This document shows, in pieces, positions 8,794 to 18,022 of a DNA stretch of 48,272 nt (positions are counted from its first letter, which is position 1; each line of letters opens with the position of its first letter). Source of the DNA: an uncultured Rhodobacter sp. GTDB taxonomy: Bacteria; Pseudomonadota; Alphaproteobacteria; Rhodobacterales; Rhodobacteraceae. A model generated the notes under the pieces. That model saw only the letters and a list, made by a program, of their open reading frames with translations, made no database searches and was not told the origin of the DNA. The position numbers were made by a program, and so were the translations under genes. The stretch is from contig CAYXNM010000001.1 in NCBI GenBank assembly GCA_964466385.1, positions 1-48,272 of the forward strand, in the 5' to 3' direction.

Positions 8794-9840
8794 TCAGGAA
8801 ATTCTGATGCGTGGATTGAGGTAAACGTAACCGATATCCGATATCAGCTGCGTCACCAGAACCACGATGACCGAGACGATGCCCGCCGCCAAAAGCATTT
8901 CGATGTCGTTATTGCCTGCGGCCTGAACCAAAAGCCACCCGAACCCTTTGTAATTGAACAGGGTTTCGGTGATGACCACACCGGTCAGCAACCACGGGAA
9001 CTGCAGCATGATCACGGTAAAAGGGGCGATCAGGGCATTTCTGAGCGCGTGTTTCAGAACGATGTTGCGGAAACTGACGCCTTTCAGGCGCGCGGTGCGA
9101 ATATATTGCGCCGTCATCACCTCGGCCATCGAGGCGCGGGTCATGCGTGCAATATACCCCATGCCATATAGGGCGACCGTAATCACCGGTAGCGTGAAAT
9201 TGGCAAAGGTCACATCGTCCATCGCACTGGTCGCTGTCCCCTTGAACCATTTGAGCCCGACAACAGACGAAGCGAACACGACGACAAGAATGACCCCGGA
9301 TACATATTCAGGCGTCGAGGTGGTCGCGATGGCAAAGGTGGACAGGGTTCGGTCGGTCTTGGATCCCTCGCGCATGCCTGCCAAAACGCCAATGACCAGA
9401 GCCGAGGGGATCATGACCAACAGCACAAATCCCATCAACTTGCCTGTCAGCTTCAATCGTTTCCAGACAACGGGGCCGACATCGGTCTTGAAAACCACGG
9501 AATAACCGAAATCCCACTGCAACACGCCACAGCGCTTGGGCGCCAGCGTGGGATCGGTCCCGCGCGGAATGCAGCGCCCTGTGATTTTACCGTCTTCATG
9601 CTCGTAGGTGAAGCCGGGAAAGATCCCCAACCATTCACCATACCGCACGAATACCGGTTGCGTGTAGCCATTCTTGTCAAGAAACGAGGCGACTTGCGCG
9701 TCGGTCATCCGCTGCGTGCCTTCAAGCTTGGCCACTTTTTCCAGGTTCGGATAGAGATTGGTCAAAAAGAAGACCACAAAGGTCAGACAAAGCGCAGTGA
9801 GCAACATGACGCCAATGCGCCGCAAAAGAAATCTAAGCAT
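8794..9840 (-). CDS. ABC importer permease (DppB/OppB-like)
   Basis: 348 aa. The N-terminus MLRFLLRRIGVMLLT and the YIRTARLKGVSFRNIVLKHALRNALIP block are typical of DppB-type permeases. Confidence 0.85.
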   Translation of the reverse strand: MLRFLLRRIGVMLLTALCLTFVVFFLTNLYPNLEKVAKLEGTQRMTDAQVASFLDKNGYTQPVFVRYGEWLGIFPGFTYEHEDGKITGRCIPRGTDPTLAPKRCGVLQWDFGYSVVFKTDVGPVVWKRLKLTGKLMGFVLLVMIPSALVIGVLAGMREGSKTDRTLSTFAIATTSTPEYVSGVILVVVFASSVVGLKWFKGTATSAMDDVTFANFTLPVITVALYGMGYIARMTRASMAEVMTAQYIRTARLKGVSFRNIVLKHALRNALIAPFTVIMLQFPWLLTGVVITETLFNYKGFGWLLVQAAGNNDIEMLLAAGIVSVIVVLVTQLISDIGYVYLNPRIRIS

Positions 9841-9915
9841 AACGGTCCCTGTTGGTTGATTTTACGCGATCGTCTCGCCGCTTTTTTGGACCGGAGAACC
9901 CCCCCGGGTATGTTT

Positions 9916-9940
9916 CCGAGGGCCACACGGTGGCCCCCGG
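9916..9940 (-). promoter_or_regulatory. Intercistronic stem-loop just after the binding-protein gene
   Basis: The minus-strand RNA CCGGGGGCCAC-CGU-GUGGCCCUCGG forms an 11-bp stem (one G.U pair) starting 12 nt after the binding-protein stop. No U-tract follows, so it looks more like an mRNA stabiliser or attenuator than an intrinsic terminator. Confidence 0.45.
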
Positions 9941-9951
9941 AATGGTCAGTT

Positions 9952-11613
9952 TCAAGCCGCCCAGTGCAGCTTGTAGGCATGGATTTCGAAGATCGGGTTT
10001 TTCTTCGCAACGAAACCCGGCGCCGTGTGATGGTAAAGCGAACGCCAGTAAGGCTGAATGATATGGCCTTCGTCTTGCATGATTTCCTCAAGGCGTTTGG
10101 CCAGAACACGGCGCTTGTCTGCATCGGCAACGGAAAGCGCCTTGCCCAGAGTCTCGTCGAACTCGGCATTGGACATACCCGTTTCATTCCAGGCCTCGCC
10201 GGTTCGATAGGCCAGCGCCAGAACCTGCACGCCAAGGGGGCGCATGTTCCAGTTGGTTGAACTGAACGGATACTTCGCCCAGTCGTTCCAGAATGTAGAC
10301 CCCGGAAGAATGGTCCGTTTCACCTTGATGCCGGCATCGCGCAATTGGGCTGCGACCGCATCCGTGGTGTTCCGGCGCCAGTCGTCATCGATCGAGATCA
10401 GCTCGTGCTCGTAATCGCCCATACCGGCCGCGTCCATCATGGCCTTGGCCGCGGAACCGTCGACTTTCATCGGGGGCAGCTTGGCGTATTCCGGATGGAT
10501 CGGTGCGACGTGGTGGTTCTCCGCGGTTGTGCCCTGATCGGAGTAACCAAGCTCCAGACAGACCGCGTTGTCGACCGCCATCAGGATGGCCTGACGAACT
10601 GCTTTGTCCGCATAGGGTTTCTTGCCATCCACTTCGGCACCCGAATGCATCCGGATAACGATCGTCGCAGCTGTCACGGCCTCGGATTTGGTCCAGCCGA
10701 TGCCGTCAAAGATGCCGACGAACTCGCCCGAGATGTCATAGAGCATGTCGATTTCTTCGGCTTCGGCTGCCGCCACGAATGCAGCGGGGTCGGTGCCGTA
10801 ATCGATCATCTCGATGCGGTCGAGATACGGGCCTCCGTAGATATCGGTTCCCCACCAGCCGCGGTCGGATTTGACCAGCACGCCTTTGACGCCCACTTCG
10901 TATTCATCCATCAGCGGATCGTAAGGACCGGTGCCGATTGGATTGTCGCCCGGATTTGCGCCGATCTGGCTGCGATGAACGATCGCGGCGGGATAATCGG
11001 CCATGCCCGGAATGATCGAGATGTCAGGCTGCGGCAGGTTGAGCCGCACGGTGTGGCTGTCGACGATTTCGACCACGCCCGCGCCGGCTTGCTCGCCGTC
11101 GATCAGCGTCGCCATGCGACCGGCCATCGAGTTGCCTTCGACGGTCTTGTCCGCCCAGCCCGTGATGTTTGCCGCGATATCCTCGGATGTCAGATCGTCG
11201 CCGTTGGACCACTTGACGCCTTTACGCACATTGAGCGTGTAAACGGTTGCGTCGTCGTTGACCTCCCAGCTTTCCAGAAGCATCGGGTTGAAAGACCCGT
11301 CGTCCTGATACTCGACCAGATAATCGAGCCAGCCGCGGGTATAGTTGGCAATCTGCGACCAGTCATAGGTTCGCGGATCCTTGAGGCCCCGGACTTCGGT
11401 CTGAACGCGCCCGACGCCGCCCATTTTCGCGTTGGCGGCGGCTTCTGCTGGCGCATCCGCCCCGATCAGCGCATAAGCGGCTGCGGTTGTTGCCCCCAGA
11501 GCCGAGGCGCGGGTCAGAAACTCGCGCCGGTTCATCAGCCCCTGTTTGCACTCCTCGGCATACATCATCACCGCCCGGTGAAGCGGTTTTCCGTTGATGG
11601 TTTTATTGGTCAT
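9952..11613 (-). CDS. ABC importer substrate-binding protein, family 5 (peptide/opine/nickel type), Tat signal
   Basis: 553 aa. A twin-arginine signal ([22 protein letters not shown]) is present, and the length and composition fit SBP_bac_5. A GGGAG Shine-Dalgarno lies 8 nt before the ATG at 11613. Confidence 0.85.
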   Translation of the reverse strand: MTNKTINGKPLHRAVMMYAEECKQGLMNRREFLTRASALGATTAAAYALIGADAPAEAAANAKMGGVGRVQTEVRGLKDPRTYDWSQIANYTRGWLDYLVEYQDDGSFNPMLLESWEVNDDATVYTLNVRKGVKWSNGDDLTSEDIAANITGWADKTVEGNSMAGRMATLIDGEQAGAGVVEIVDSHTVRLNLPQPDISIIPGMADYPAAIVHRSQIGANPGDNPIGTGPYDPLMDEYEVGVKGVLVKSDRGWWGTDIYGGPYLDRIEMIDYGTDPAAFVAAAEAEEIDMLYDISGEFVGIFDGIGWTKSEAVTAATIVIRMHSGAEVDGKKPYADKAVRQAILMAVDNAVCLELGYSDQGTTAENHHVAPIHPEYAKLPPMKVDGSAAKAMMDAAGMGDYEHELISIDDDWRRNTTDAVAAQLRDAGIKVKRTILPGSTFWNDWAKYPFSSTNWNMRPLGVQVLALAYRTGEAWNETGMSNAEFDETLGKALSVADADKRRVLAKRLEEIMQDEGHIIQPYWRSLYHHTAPGFVAKKNPIFEIHAYKLHWAA

Positions 11614-11938
11614 ATCTTACTCCCTGGTTTTCATCTGCTATTTGGTTCGCGTCGATCGTGAACATACTTGCTTCCACATCGGCTTCTGTTCGCCCCTTCA
11701 GCGACATTTGCGGCGTTCCAAACGACACTTTCGATTGAAAACGCTGCGAGTCCACATCGGCGCCTGACTTGGGGGTGCCCACGCCAAACGGTGCCCGTGA
11801 CCCCTCTCCAAGTGCGAACGGTATCTTGTTGTGGTGAATTGAGCAGCAATTCATGATGCTGATGGTTCCGCCATTTGGGTCCCAAGTCAAGCACTCTTGT
11901 TGAACAGCGCCTTCACAATGCCCTGACCCGCGCTCCTT

Positions 11939-12778
11939 TCAGACGGCCAGACGAACGGCGCGGGTGGCTTCATTTGCGCGAAACGCACGCGGTGAAATCC
12001 CCGTATGCGCCTTGAACAAACGGGTGAAATAGGCGGGTGATCCGAACCCCAGCCCATTGGCGATGTCGGTGATCGTGTGGGTGGTGTTGGCCAGCAGCAA
12101 ACGCCCTTCAAGGACCAGACGCGCCTGAATCAGCGCCGACGCGGGCTTGCCGAAACCGGCGACCGTGACACGGCTGAGATGTGCCGAGCTGATGTTGAGC
12201 GCGCGCGCGTAATCGCCAACCGCATGCGCCCTGGCAAAGTCCCTTTCCAGCCGTCGTGCAAAAGCCTCCGCGATTTCGGAATAGCGGCCCTCCACCCGTC
12301 GCGACCGCCAGTCATTGAAATCGGAATTGCGTTCGATCCACACGCTCAACAGCGTGAGGTAACTTTCCATGGCATGGTCGCTTCCGGTTTCAAGCGATTG
12401 GTATTCAATCAGAATCTGCTCAAGATATCCGGTCAGACGACCCTGATCGAAGATGCTTCGTGCCTTGATGAGCGCCGGTTCGAACGGAACGGGAACAGGA
12501 ATGTCTTCGGGCAGGAACACCGCGTATCCCAAAGCGTTCTTGCTGGGGCTGAGCGCGTGAACGGTGCCTGCGGGGACGAACAACAGGCTGTTGGGGCTCA
12601 GGCCGCGGGTCGTTGTGCCGATTGTCGCACGACACTGCCCGCGTGTGACCCACAGGAACAGGTGGCTGTGACGCGCACGAAGGCCCTCGCTGCGCCAGCG
12701 CCCGCGCCCGATCAGGCCGGGCAGGGTGAAAACGGACAGCGAACCCTGAGAGGCAAGGCCGGCGGGGGGTTCAGGCAT
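11939..12778 (-). CDS. AraC family transcriptional regulator (cupin-like N-terminal domain plus C-terminal HTH)
   Basis: The C-terminus (ITDIANGLGFGSPAYFTRLFKAHTGISPRAFR) is a canonical AraC HTH. It lies upstream of the ABC operon and is co-oriented with it. Confidence 0.85.
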   Translation of the reverse strand: MPEPPAGLASQGSLSVFTLPGLIGRGRWRSEGLRARHSHLFLWVTRGQCRATIGTTTRGLSPNSLLFVPAGTVHALSPSKNALGYAVFLPEDIPVPVPFEPALIKARSIFDQGRLTGYLEQILIEYQSLETGSDHAMESYLTLLSVWIERNSDFNDWRSRRVEGRYSEIAEAFARRLERDFARAHAVGDYARALNISSAHLSRVTVAGFGKPASALIQARLVLEGRLLLANTTHTITDIANGLGFGSPAYFTRLFKAHTGISPRAFRANEATRAVRLAV

Positions 12779-12885
12779 GTTGATACCTTATGTGGAAAAC
12801 ATTGGCGGATGTTCGATCAGGACCGGTATTCTTGCAAGAAAGGGCGAAAAACGCAACCTATTTGTTCGGTTTGTGTCAACAGTTA

Positions 12886-13794
12886 TCAACCGGCGGACGT
12901 CATGCTCAGCCGCGTCCAGTTGCCCATCCGCGCCCGAAACCAACTGCGTTGCCGCTTGGCGTACTGGCGCGTTGCGATGGTGGCAAGCGTAATGGCCTGA
13001 TCAAGACTGATGTCGCCTTTCAGGTGGGCGATCAGTTCGCGTGCCCCGATGGCGCGCGAGGACGGCAAACCGGGGTTCCAGTCGTCCATCATCCGGCGGC
13101 ATTCATCCAGTGCGCCGTGCCGGACCATCCGGCGAAACCGCGCCTCGATCCGCGGCGTGAGATCCTCGCGCGGGGCGTCGATGAGCAGGGCGGTGCAGGC
13201 GCTGAGAGGCAAAAGCGGCGGGGCGGCCTGGTCCTGGTAATGGGCCAACCCCCGTCCGGTTGCGCGCCAGACTTCCCATGCGCGTTGAACGCGTGCGGGG
13301 TTCATCCGGTCCAACCGGGCAACCGTCGCCGGATCGCTCTTCTTAAGCTCGTTCAGCAAAACTTCGTAACCATTTGATAAAACAAGATTATCAGCCTCAG
13401 CGCGAATATCCGGAGAAACTTCAGGTACATCCGACAAGCCACTGATAAGAGATGATAAATATAAACCGGTCCCCCCAACGATGATCGGCAGCGTTTGACG
13501 TGGTCCCTTTAGCAGGGGCGCCACTTCGCGCAGCCAGCTTCCCACCGAATAGACCTGACTTTTTTCCACATGTCCGTACAGCGCATGGGGCACCGTTCGC
13601 TCGGTTTTTCTGTCCGGTCGCGCGGTCAGCACGCGCCAGCAGTCATAAACCTGCAAGGCATCCGCATTGATGATGGTGCCGCCGAATTCTTGCGCAAGCG
13701 ACAGGGCAAGATCGGATTTTCCCGACGCGGTCGGTCCGGCAATGACGATCGGTTTGTCCCCTGAAATCCCGGGTCTTTCTGCGGTCGCTTCCAT
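12886..13794 (-). CDS. miaA: tRNA dimethylallyltransferase MiaA
   Basis: P-loop IVIAGPTASGKS is present, along with INADALQVY and GGTGLY. I prefer the ATG at 13794 (AAGGTGGG Shine-Dalgarno upstream) over the listed TTG at 13830. Confidence 0.9.
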   Translation of the reverse strand: MEATAERPGISGDKPIVIAGPTASGKSDLALSLAQEFGGTIINADALQVYDCWRVLTARPDRKTERTVPHALYGHVEKSQVYSVGSWLREVAPLLKGPRQTLPIIVGGTGLYLSSLISGLSDVPEVSPDIRAEADNLVLSNGYEVLLNELKKSDPATVARLDRMNPARVQRAWEVWRATGRGLAHYQDQAAPPLLPLSACTALLIDAPREDLTPRIEARFRRMVRHGALDECRRMMDDWNPGLPSSRAIGARELIAHLKGDISLDQAITLATIATRQYAKRQRSWFRARMGNWTRLSMTSAG

Positions 13795-13944
13795 TCGTGA
13801 TAACCCACCTTTCCGACCCGTTTCGCGCAAAATCCCGCCGACGCCCGGATAAATCCGGCGCCGTCCGCGTTTAACATTGAATCCGGTCGGCTTTTAGGAC
13901 AATTTGCGCCGCGAACACAGAAACATTTTTTTCGGAGAGCCCCC

Positions 13945-14679
13945 ATGACGCAGACCTCAACGCCCGACACTGAAACGGGCTATGGGCGCGTGTTGCTGAA
14001 AATCTCGGGCGAGGCGCTGATGGGGGATCAGGGCTATGGGCTGCATCCGCCGACCGTCGAGCGCATCGCCGACGAGGTCAAAAAGGTTCACGACCTGGGG
14101 GTCGAGGTCTGCATGGTCATCGGCGGGGGCAACATCTTCCGGGGTCTTCAGGGCAGCGCGCAGGGGATGGAGCGCACGACAGCGGATTACATGGGCATGC
14201 TGGCGACCGTGATGAATGCACTGGCGATGCAAAGCGCGCTTGAATCGCTGAATGTTTTCACGCGGGTTATTTCCGCCATCCCCATGGACCAGGTCTGCGA
14301 GCCTTACATCCGGCGCCGCGCGGTGCGGCATCTGGAAAAGAAACGCGTCTGCATATTCGCGGCCGGCACGGGCAACCCCTATTTCACCACCGATACCGCG
14401 GCGACATTGCGGGCCAACGAAATGAGCTGCGAAGCGATTTTCAAGGGCACGATGGTGGACGGTATTTACGACAGCGACCCCAAGACCAACGCGGATGCCA
14501 AACGATACGACAGCGTCAGTTACGACGAAGTTCTGCAGAAAAACCTCAAGGTCATGGATGCGTCGGCGATTGCGCTGGCGCGGGACAACAATCTGCCGAT
14601 CGTGGTCTTTTCGCTGGACGAGCCGGGCGGGTTCGCGGGAATTCTGCGTGGCGAAGGAACCTATACAATCGTCAGATAA
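13945..14679 (+). CDS. pyrH: UMP kinase PyrH
   Basis: Motifs [20 protein letters not shown] and [12 protein letters not shown] are present. Confidence 0.95.
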   Translation: MTQTSTPDTETGYGRVLLKISGEALMGDQGYGLHPPTVERIADEVKKVHDLGVEVCMVIGGGNIFRGLQGSAQGMERTTADYMGMLATVMNALAMQSALESLNVFTRVISAIPMDQVCEPYIRRRAVRHLEKKRVCIFAAGTGNPYFTTDTAATLRANEMSCEAIFKGTMVDGIYDSDPKTNADAKRYDSVSYDEVLQKNLKVMDASAIALARDNNLPIVVFSLDEPGGFAGILRGEGTYTIVR

Positions 14680-14716
14680 TGGCGGATAAGGAAACGGAAG
14701 CGACGGGCGGAACAGC

Positions 14717-15283
14717 ATGTCTGACGAAGAAATCGAAATTGATGTTGATGATCTGGAACGGCGGATGCATGGCGCTCTGGGGGCGTTGAAATCCGAGTTT
14801 GCGTCGCTGCGAACCGGGCGGGCCTCGGCCTCGATGCTCGATCCGGTGATGGTGGATGCCTATGGGGCAATGATGCCGCTCAATCAATGTGGCACGGTCA
14901 ACGTTCCCGAAGCGCGCATGGTTACGGTCAATGTCTGGGACAAGTCGCTGGTGCAGGCGGTCGACAAGGCGATCCGGAATTCCGGGCTTGGGCTCAACCC
15001 GGTTATGGATGGTACGATCCTGCGCCTGCCCATACCTGAGCTTAACGAGGAACGGCGGCGCGACCTCAGCCGGGTCGCGGCCCAGTACGCGGAAAACGCC
15101 CGTATCGCGATCCGTAATGTGCGCCGCGACGGGATGGACCAGATCAAGAAGGCCAAGTCCGGCGGCATGGGCGAGGACGACCAGAAAATCTGGTCAACGG
15201 AAATTCAGGATATTACGGATAAAGCGATTGCCGACATCGACGGCGCGCTGGAGACCAAGCAAGAAGAAATCATGCAGGTCTGA
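14717..15283 (+). CDS. frr: Ribosome recycling factor
   Basis: 188 aa. [12 protein letters not shown] and LNEERRRDL blocks are present. It occupies the canonical position after pyrH. Confidence 0.95.
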   Translation: MSDEEIEIDVDDLERRMHGALGALKSEFASLRTGRASASMLDPVMVDAYGAMMPLNQCGTVNVPEARMVTVNVWDKSLVQAVDKAIRNSGLGLNPVMDGTILRLPIPELNEERRRDLSRVAAQYAENARIAIRNVRRDGMDQIKKAKSGGMGEDDQKIWSTEIQDITDKAIADIDGALETKQEEIMQV

Positions 15284-15311
15284 GCGTTTGACGCAATGAA
15301 AAGGCGGTAAT

Positions 15312-16037
15312 GTGAACCAGTCCGACGACAAACAACGCCAGGTGAACCATGTGGCGATCATCATGGATGGCAACGGTCGCTGGGCCACGCGCAGGGGTCT
15401 GCCGCGCCTGGTCGGTCACCGCAAAGGGGCCGAGCGCGTGCGTGAAATCGTTGATATCTGCCCCCAAATAGGGGTCAAATACCTGACGCTTTACGCCTTT
15501 TCGACCGAGAACTGGAAACGCGCGGAAACCGAAGTCGCGGGTCTGATGTCGCTGTTCAGGCGCTATATCCTGAAAGAAGCCAAAAAGCTTGACGCCAACG
15601 GCGTGCGTGTTCGTTTCATCGGCGATCGCACGCGGCTTGATGTGAAGCTGATCGAGCTAATGGCCCAGCTTGAGGAAAAGACCGCCAGGAACGACCATCT
15701 GAACATGACGATCGCACTCAATTACGGCGGGCGCGACGAGTTGACCCGCGCAGTCAAGACCCTGGCCGAGGATGTCGCGGACGGGCGCGTCGCGCCTTTG
15801 GACGTGACCGAGGAAAGTATCGGCTACTATCTGGACACCCGCTATCTGCCCGATCCGGATCTGGTGATCCGCACATCGGGTGAGCGGCGGATATCGAATT
15901 ACCTCCTTTGGCAATCCGCCTATGCGGAATATGAATTCGTGCCCACGCTGTGGCCGGATTTTTCGGCCGAGGAATTTCAGGCGATCGTCAAGGGATATCA
16001 AGGTCGTGAACGCCGATTCGGCGCCGCCTCCGCATGA
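15312..16037 (+). CDS. uppS: Undecaprenyl diphosphate synthase (isoprenyl transferase) UppS
   Basis: Motifs IIMDGNGRWA, FSTENWKR and RTSGERRISNYLLWQ are present. GTG start. Confidence 0.95.
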   Translation: MNQSDDKQRQVNHVAIIMDGNGRWATRRGLPRLVGHRKGAERVREIVDICPQIGVKYLTLYAFSTENWKRAETEVAGLMSLFRRYILKEAKKLDANGVRVRFIGDRTRLDVKLIELMAQLEEKTARNDHLNMTIALNYGGRDELTRAVKTLAEDVADGRVAPLDVTEESIGYYLDTRYLPDPDLVIRTSGERRISNYLLWQSAYAEYEFVPTLWPDFSAEEFQAIVKGYQGRERRFGAASA

Positions 16038-16831
16038 GCGAGGGGCAGAAATTCGCAGATCTTGGCGTGCGCATTCTTTCGGCAATGGTGATGGCGCTGG
16101 TGGGGCTGTCCGCGATCTGGGCCGGGGGGCCGTGGTTCCTGTTGTTGCTGAGCGTGGTCGCGGCCCTGATGATCTGGGAGTTGCAAGCCATGCTCGCGCC
16201 CGAACTGGCCCCGGTCAAACGTGCATTGGTCGGTCTTGTGGCGGGGTTGGCGGTTCTGCGGGTTGGCTTTGACAGCAGCCCCCTGGCGCTGAGCGGCCTG
16301 CTGCTGGCGCCGGTTCTGGGGATGGTCCTTTTGCCGCGTGACCGGGGTGTTTTTGTCGTCTACGGGGTGACCATTCTGTTTGCGGTGGTCAATTTGTTCT
16401 GGCTCCGGACCGGGGCCGGGCTGGCCTGGATGATCTGGATCGTTCTTGTCGTTGTCGCCGCGGATGTCGGCGGATATTTCTTTGGCCGCATTATCGGAGG
16501 CGCAAAGATACTGCCCCGGATCAGCCCCAAGAAAACATGGTCCGGCACCATGGGCGGTTTGCTGCTGGCGGCCCTTGTCGGGGGCGTTTTCATGCTGGGA
16601 ACCAGCGCGGGCCCAAGCATGATCCTGCTCAGCATTCTTACGGCATTTGCCAGCCAGTGGGGGGATCTGATCGAAAGCGCGCTCAAACGGCATCGCGGCG
16701 TCAAGGACAGTTCGAACCTCATCCCCGGACATGGCGGGTTCCTGGACCGGTTCGATGCGATGATCGGGGCGTCGCTCTTCGTTCTGCTCGCGGCACTTCA
16801 GATCGGGCTGCCGCTTGGCGGTACGCTCTGA
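16034..16831 (+). CDS. cdsA: Phosphatidate cytidylyltransferase CdsA
   Basis: Polytopic membrane protein with the CdsA signature SALKRHRGVKDSSNLIPGHGGFLDRFD. It overlaps uppS in an ATGA junction. Confidence 0.9.
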   Translation: MSEGQKFADLGVRILSAMVMALVGLSAIWAGGPWFLLLLSVVAALMIWELQAMLAPELAPVKRALVGLVAGLAVLRVGFDSSPLALSGLLLAPVLGMVLLPRDRGVFVVYGVTILFAVVNLFWLRTGAGLAWMIWIVLVVVAADVGGYFFGRIIGGAKILPRISPKKTWSGTMGGLLLAALVGGVFMLGTSAGPSMILLSILTAFASQWGDLIESALKRHRGVKDSSNLIPGHGGFLDRFDAMIGASLFVLLAALQIGLPLGGTL

Positions 16832-16833
16832 CC

Positions 16834-18015
16834 ATGCGGCGGGTGTCCATATTCGGGTCAACCGGTTCGATTGGTCAGAACACCGTCGATCTTGTCCAAA
16901 GGGCAGGCGGACCGGGGAAATATGATGTGGTTGCGCTCAGCGGCGGGTCCAATGTCGGGCTGTTGGCCAAACAGGCGCGGCTGCTGGATGCGGACATCGC
17001 GGTCATTGCCGAAAGCGATCTGCTGGGCGATCTGAAAGCGGCGTTGAGCGGCGCGCGCACCATGGCCGCCGCCGGGGCGTCGGCCATTTCAGAGGCAGCG
17101 GCGCGACCGGCTGACTGGACGATGTCGGCAATCGGCGGCTGCGCGGGGCTGGCGCCGGGTCTGGTTTCGCTTCGCCACGGTGGCATACTGGCGCTCGCCA
17201 ACAAGGAAAGTCTGGTTGCGGCGGGGCCGTTGATGCTGGAAACGGCGCGCCGGTTCGGGGCGACAATCCTGCCGGTTGACAGTGAACATTCGGCAATTTT
17301 CCAGGCCCTGAGGGGCGAGGATATCGCGCGCGTCGACCGGTTGATCCTGACGGCCTCGGGCGGGCCGTTCCGCGACTGGACCCGCGAGCAGATGGCAAGA
17401 GCGACCCCGGCCGAGGCCGCGGCCCATCCCAACTGGGCCATGGGAAACATGATCTCGATCGACAGCGCGAGCATGTTTAACAAAGCACTGGAGATGATTG
17501 AAGCTAAAGAGTTTTATGGTGTCACCCCCGATCAGATCGAGGTCGTCATCCACCCCCAGTCCCTCGTTCATTCGCTGGTTGGTTTTGTCGACGGATCGCT
17601 GTTGGCGCATATGAGCGCGCCGGACATGCGCTTTGCCATCGGTTATGCGCTCAACTGGCCCGATCGCGCGCCCTTGCCGGTGGAACGGCTTGATCTGGGG
17701 CAGATCGGCAAACTTGATTTTCATGCCCCCGATCCAACGCGTTTCCCGGCCCTGCGACTGGCGCGGGATGTCATGGCGACCGGCGGGCTGGCAGGGGCGG
17801 TTTTCAATGGCGCGAAAGAAGCGGCGTATGAAGCGTTCATGGCGCAGAAAATCGGCTTTCTCGACATGGCCGAAATGGTGGAACAAATACTTGATTCGCT
17901 TAATCCTTCGGGCGACCTTAAAACCACCACAATTGACTTGGAAACTGTGCTGGCTGCCGATAGGCAGGCACGGGTAAAAATAAACGAAGCAGTCTTGCGG
18001 CGCGCAGCATCTTGA
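16834..18015 (+). CDS. dxr: 1-deoxy-D-xylulose 5-phosphate reductoisomerase Dxr
   Basis: The true start is the ATG at 16834 (MRRVSIFGSTGSIGQNT); the listed 16537 start runs through cdsA. LANKESLV and PVDSEHSAIFQ motifs are present. Confidence 0.95.
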   Translation: MRRVSIFGSTGSIGQNTVDLVQRAGGPGKYDVVALSGGSNVGLLAKQARLLDADIAVIAESDLLGDLKAALSGARTMAAAGASAISEAAARPADWTMSAIGGCAGLAPGLVSLRHGGILALANKESLVAAGPLMLETARRFGATILPVDSEHSAIFQALRGEDIARVDRLILTASGGPFRDWTREQMARATPAEAAAHPNWAMGNMISIDSASMFNKALEMIEAKEFYGVTPDQIEVVIHPQSLVHSLVGFVDGSLLAHMSAPDMRFAIGYALNWPDRAPLPVERLDLGQIGKLDFHAPDPTRFPALRLARDVMATGGLAGAVFNGAKEAAYEAFMAQKIGFLDMAEMVEQILDSLNPSGDLKTTTIDLETVLAADRQARVKINEAVLRRAAS

Positions 18016-18022
18016 GGGCACA

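Noticed and set aside
11603-11890. A 95-aa ORF (TTG start) covering the whole leader of the ABC operon and ending just inside the binding-protein gene.
   Set aside because: It has no Shine-Dalgarno, starts at a weak TTG that doubles as the putative -35 box, shows mixed codon bias and has no recognisable domain. I treat the region as a non-coding leader; see the direct-repeat finding.
16537-16833. N-terminal extensions suggested by the ORF track. Examples are dxr from 16537, lpxA from 23199, ccmH from 2957, pdxA from 34560, the DUF4167 gene from 31949 and the histidine phosphatase from 47399.
   Set aside because: The extensions run through the upstream gene or through non-conserved Arg-rich sequence. 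Internal ATG starts coincide with the conserved family N-termini and with Shine-Dalgarno sequences or stop/start overlaps.
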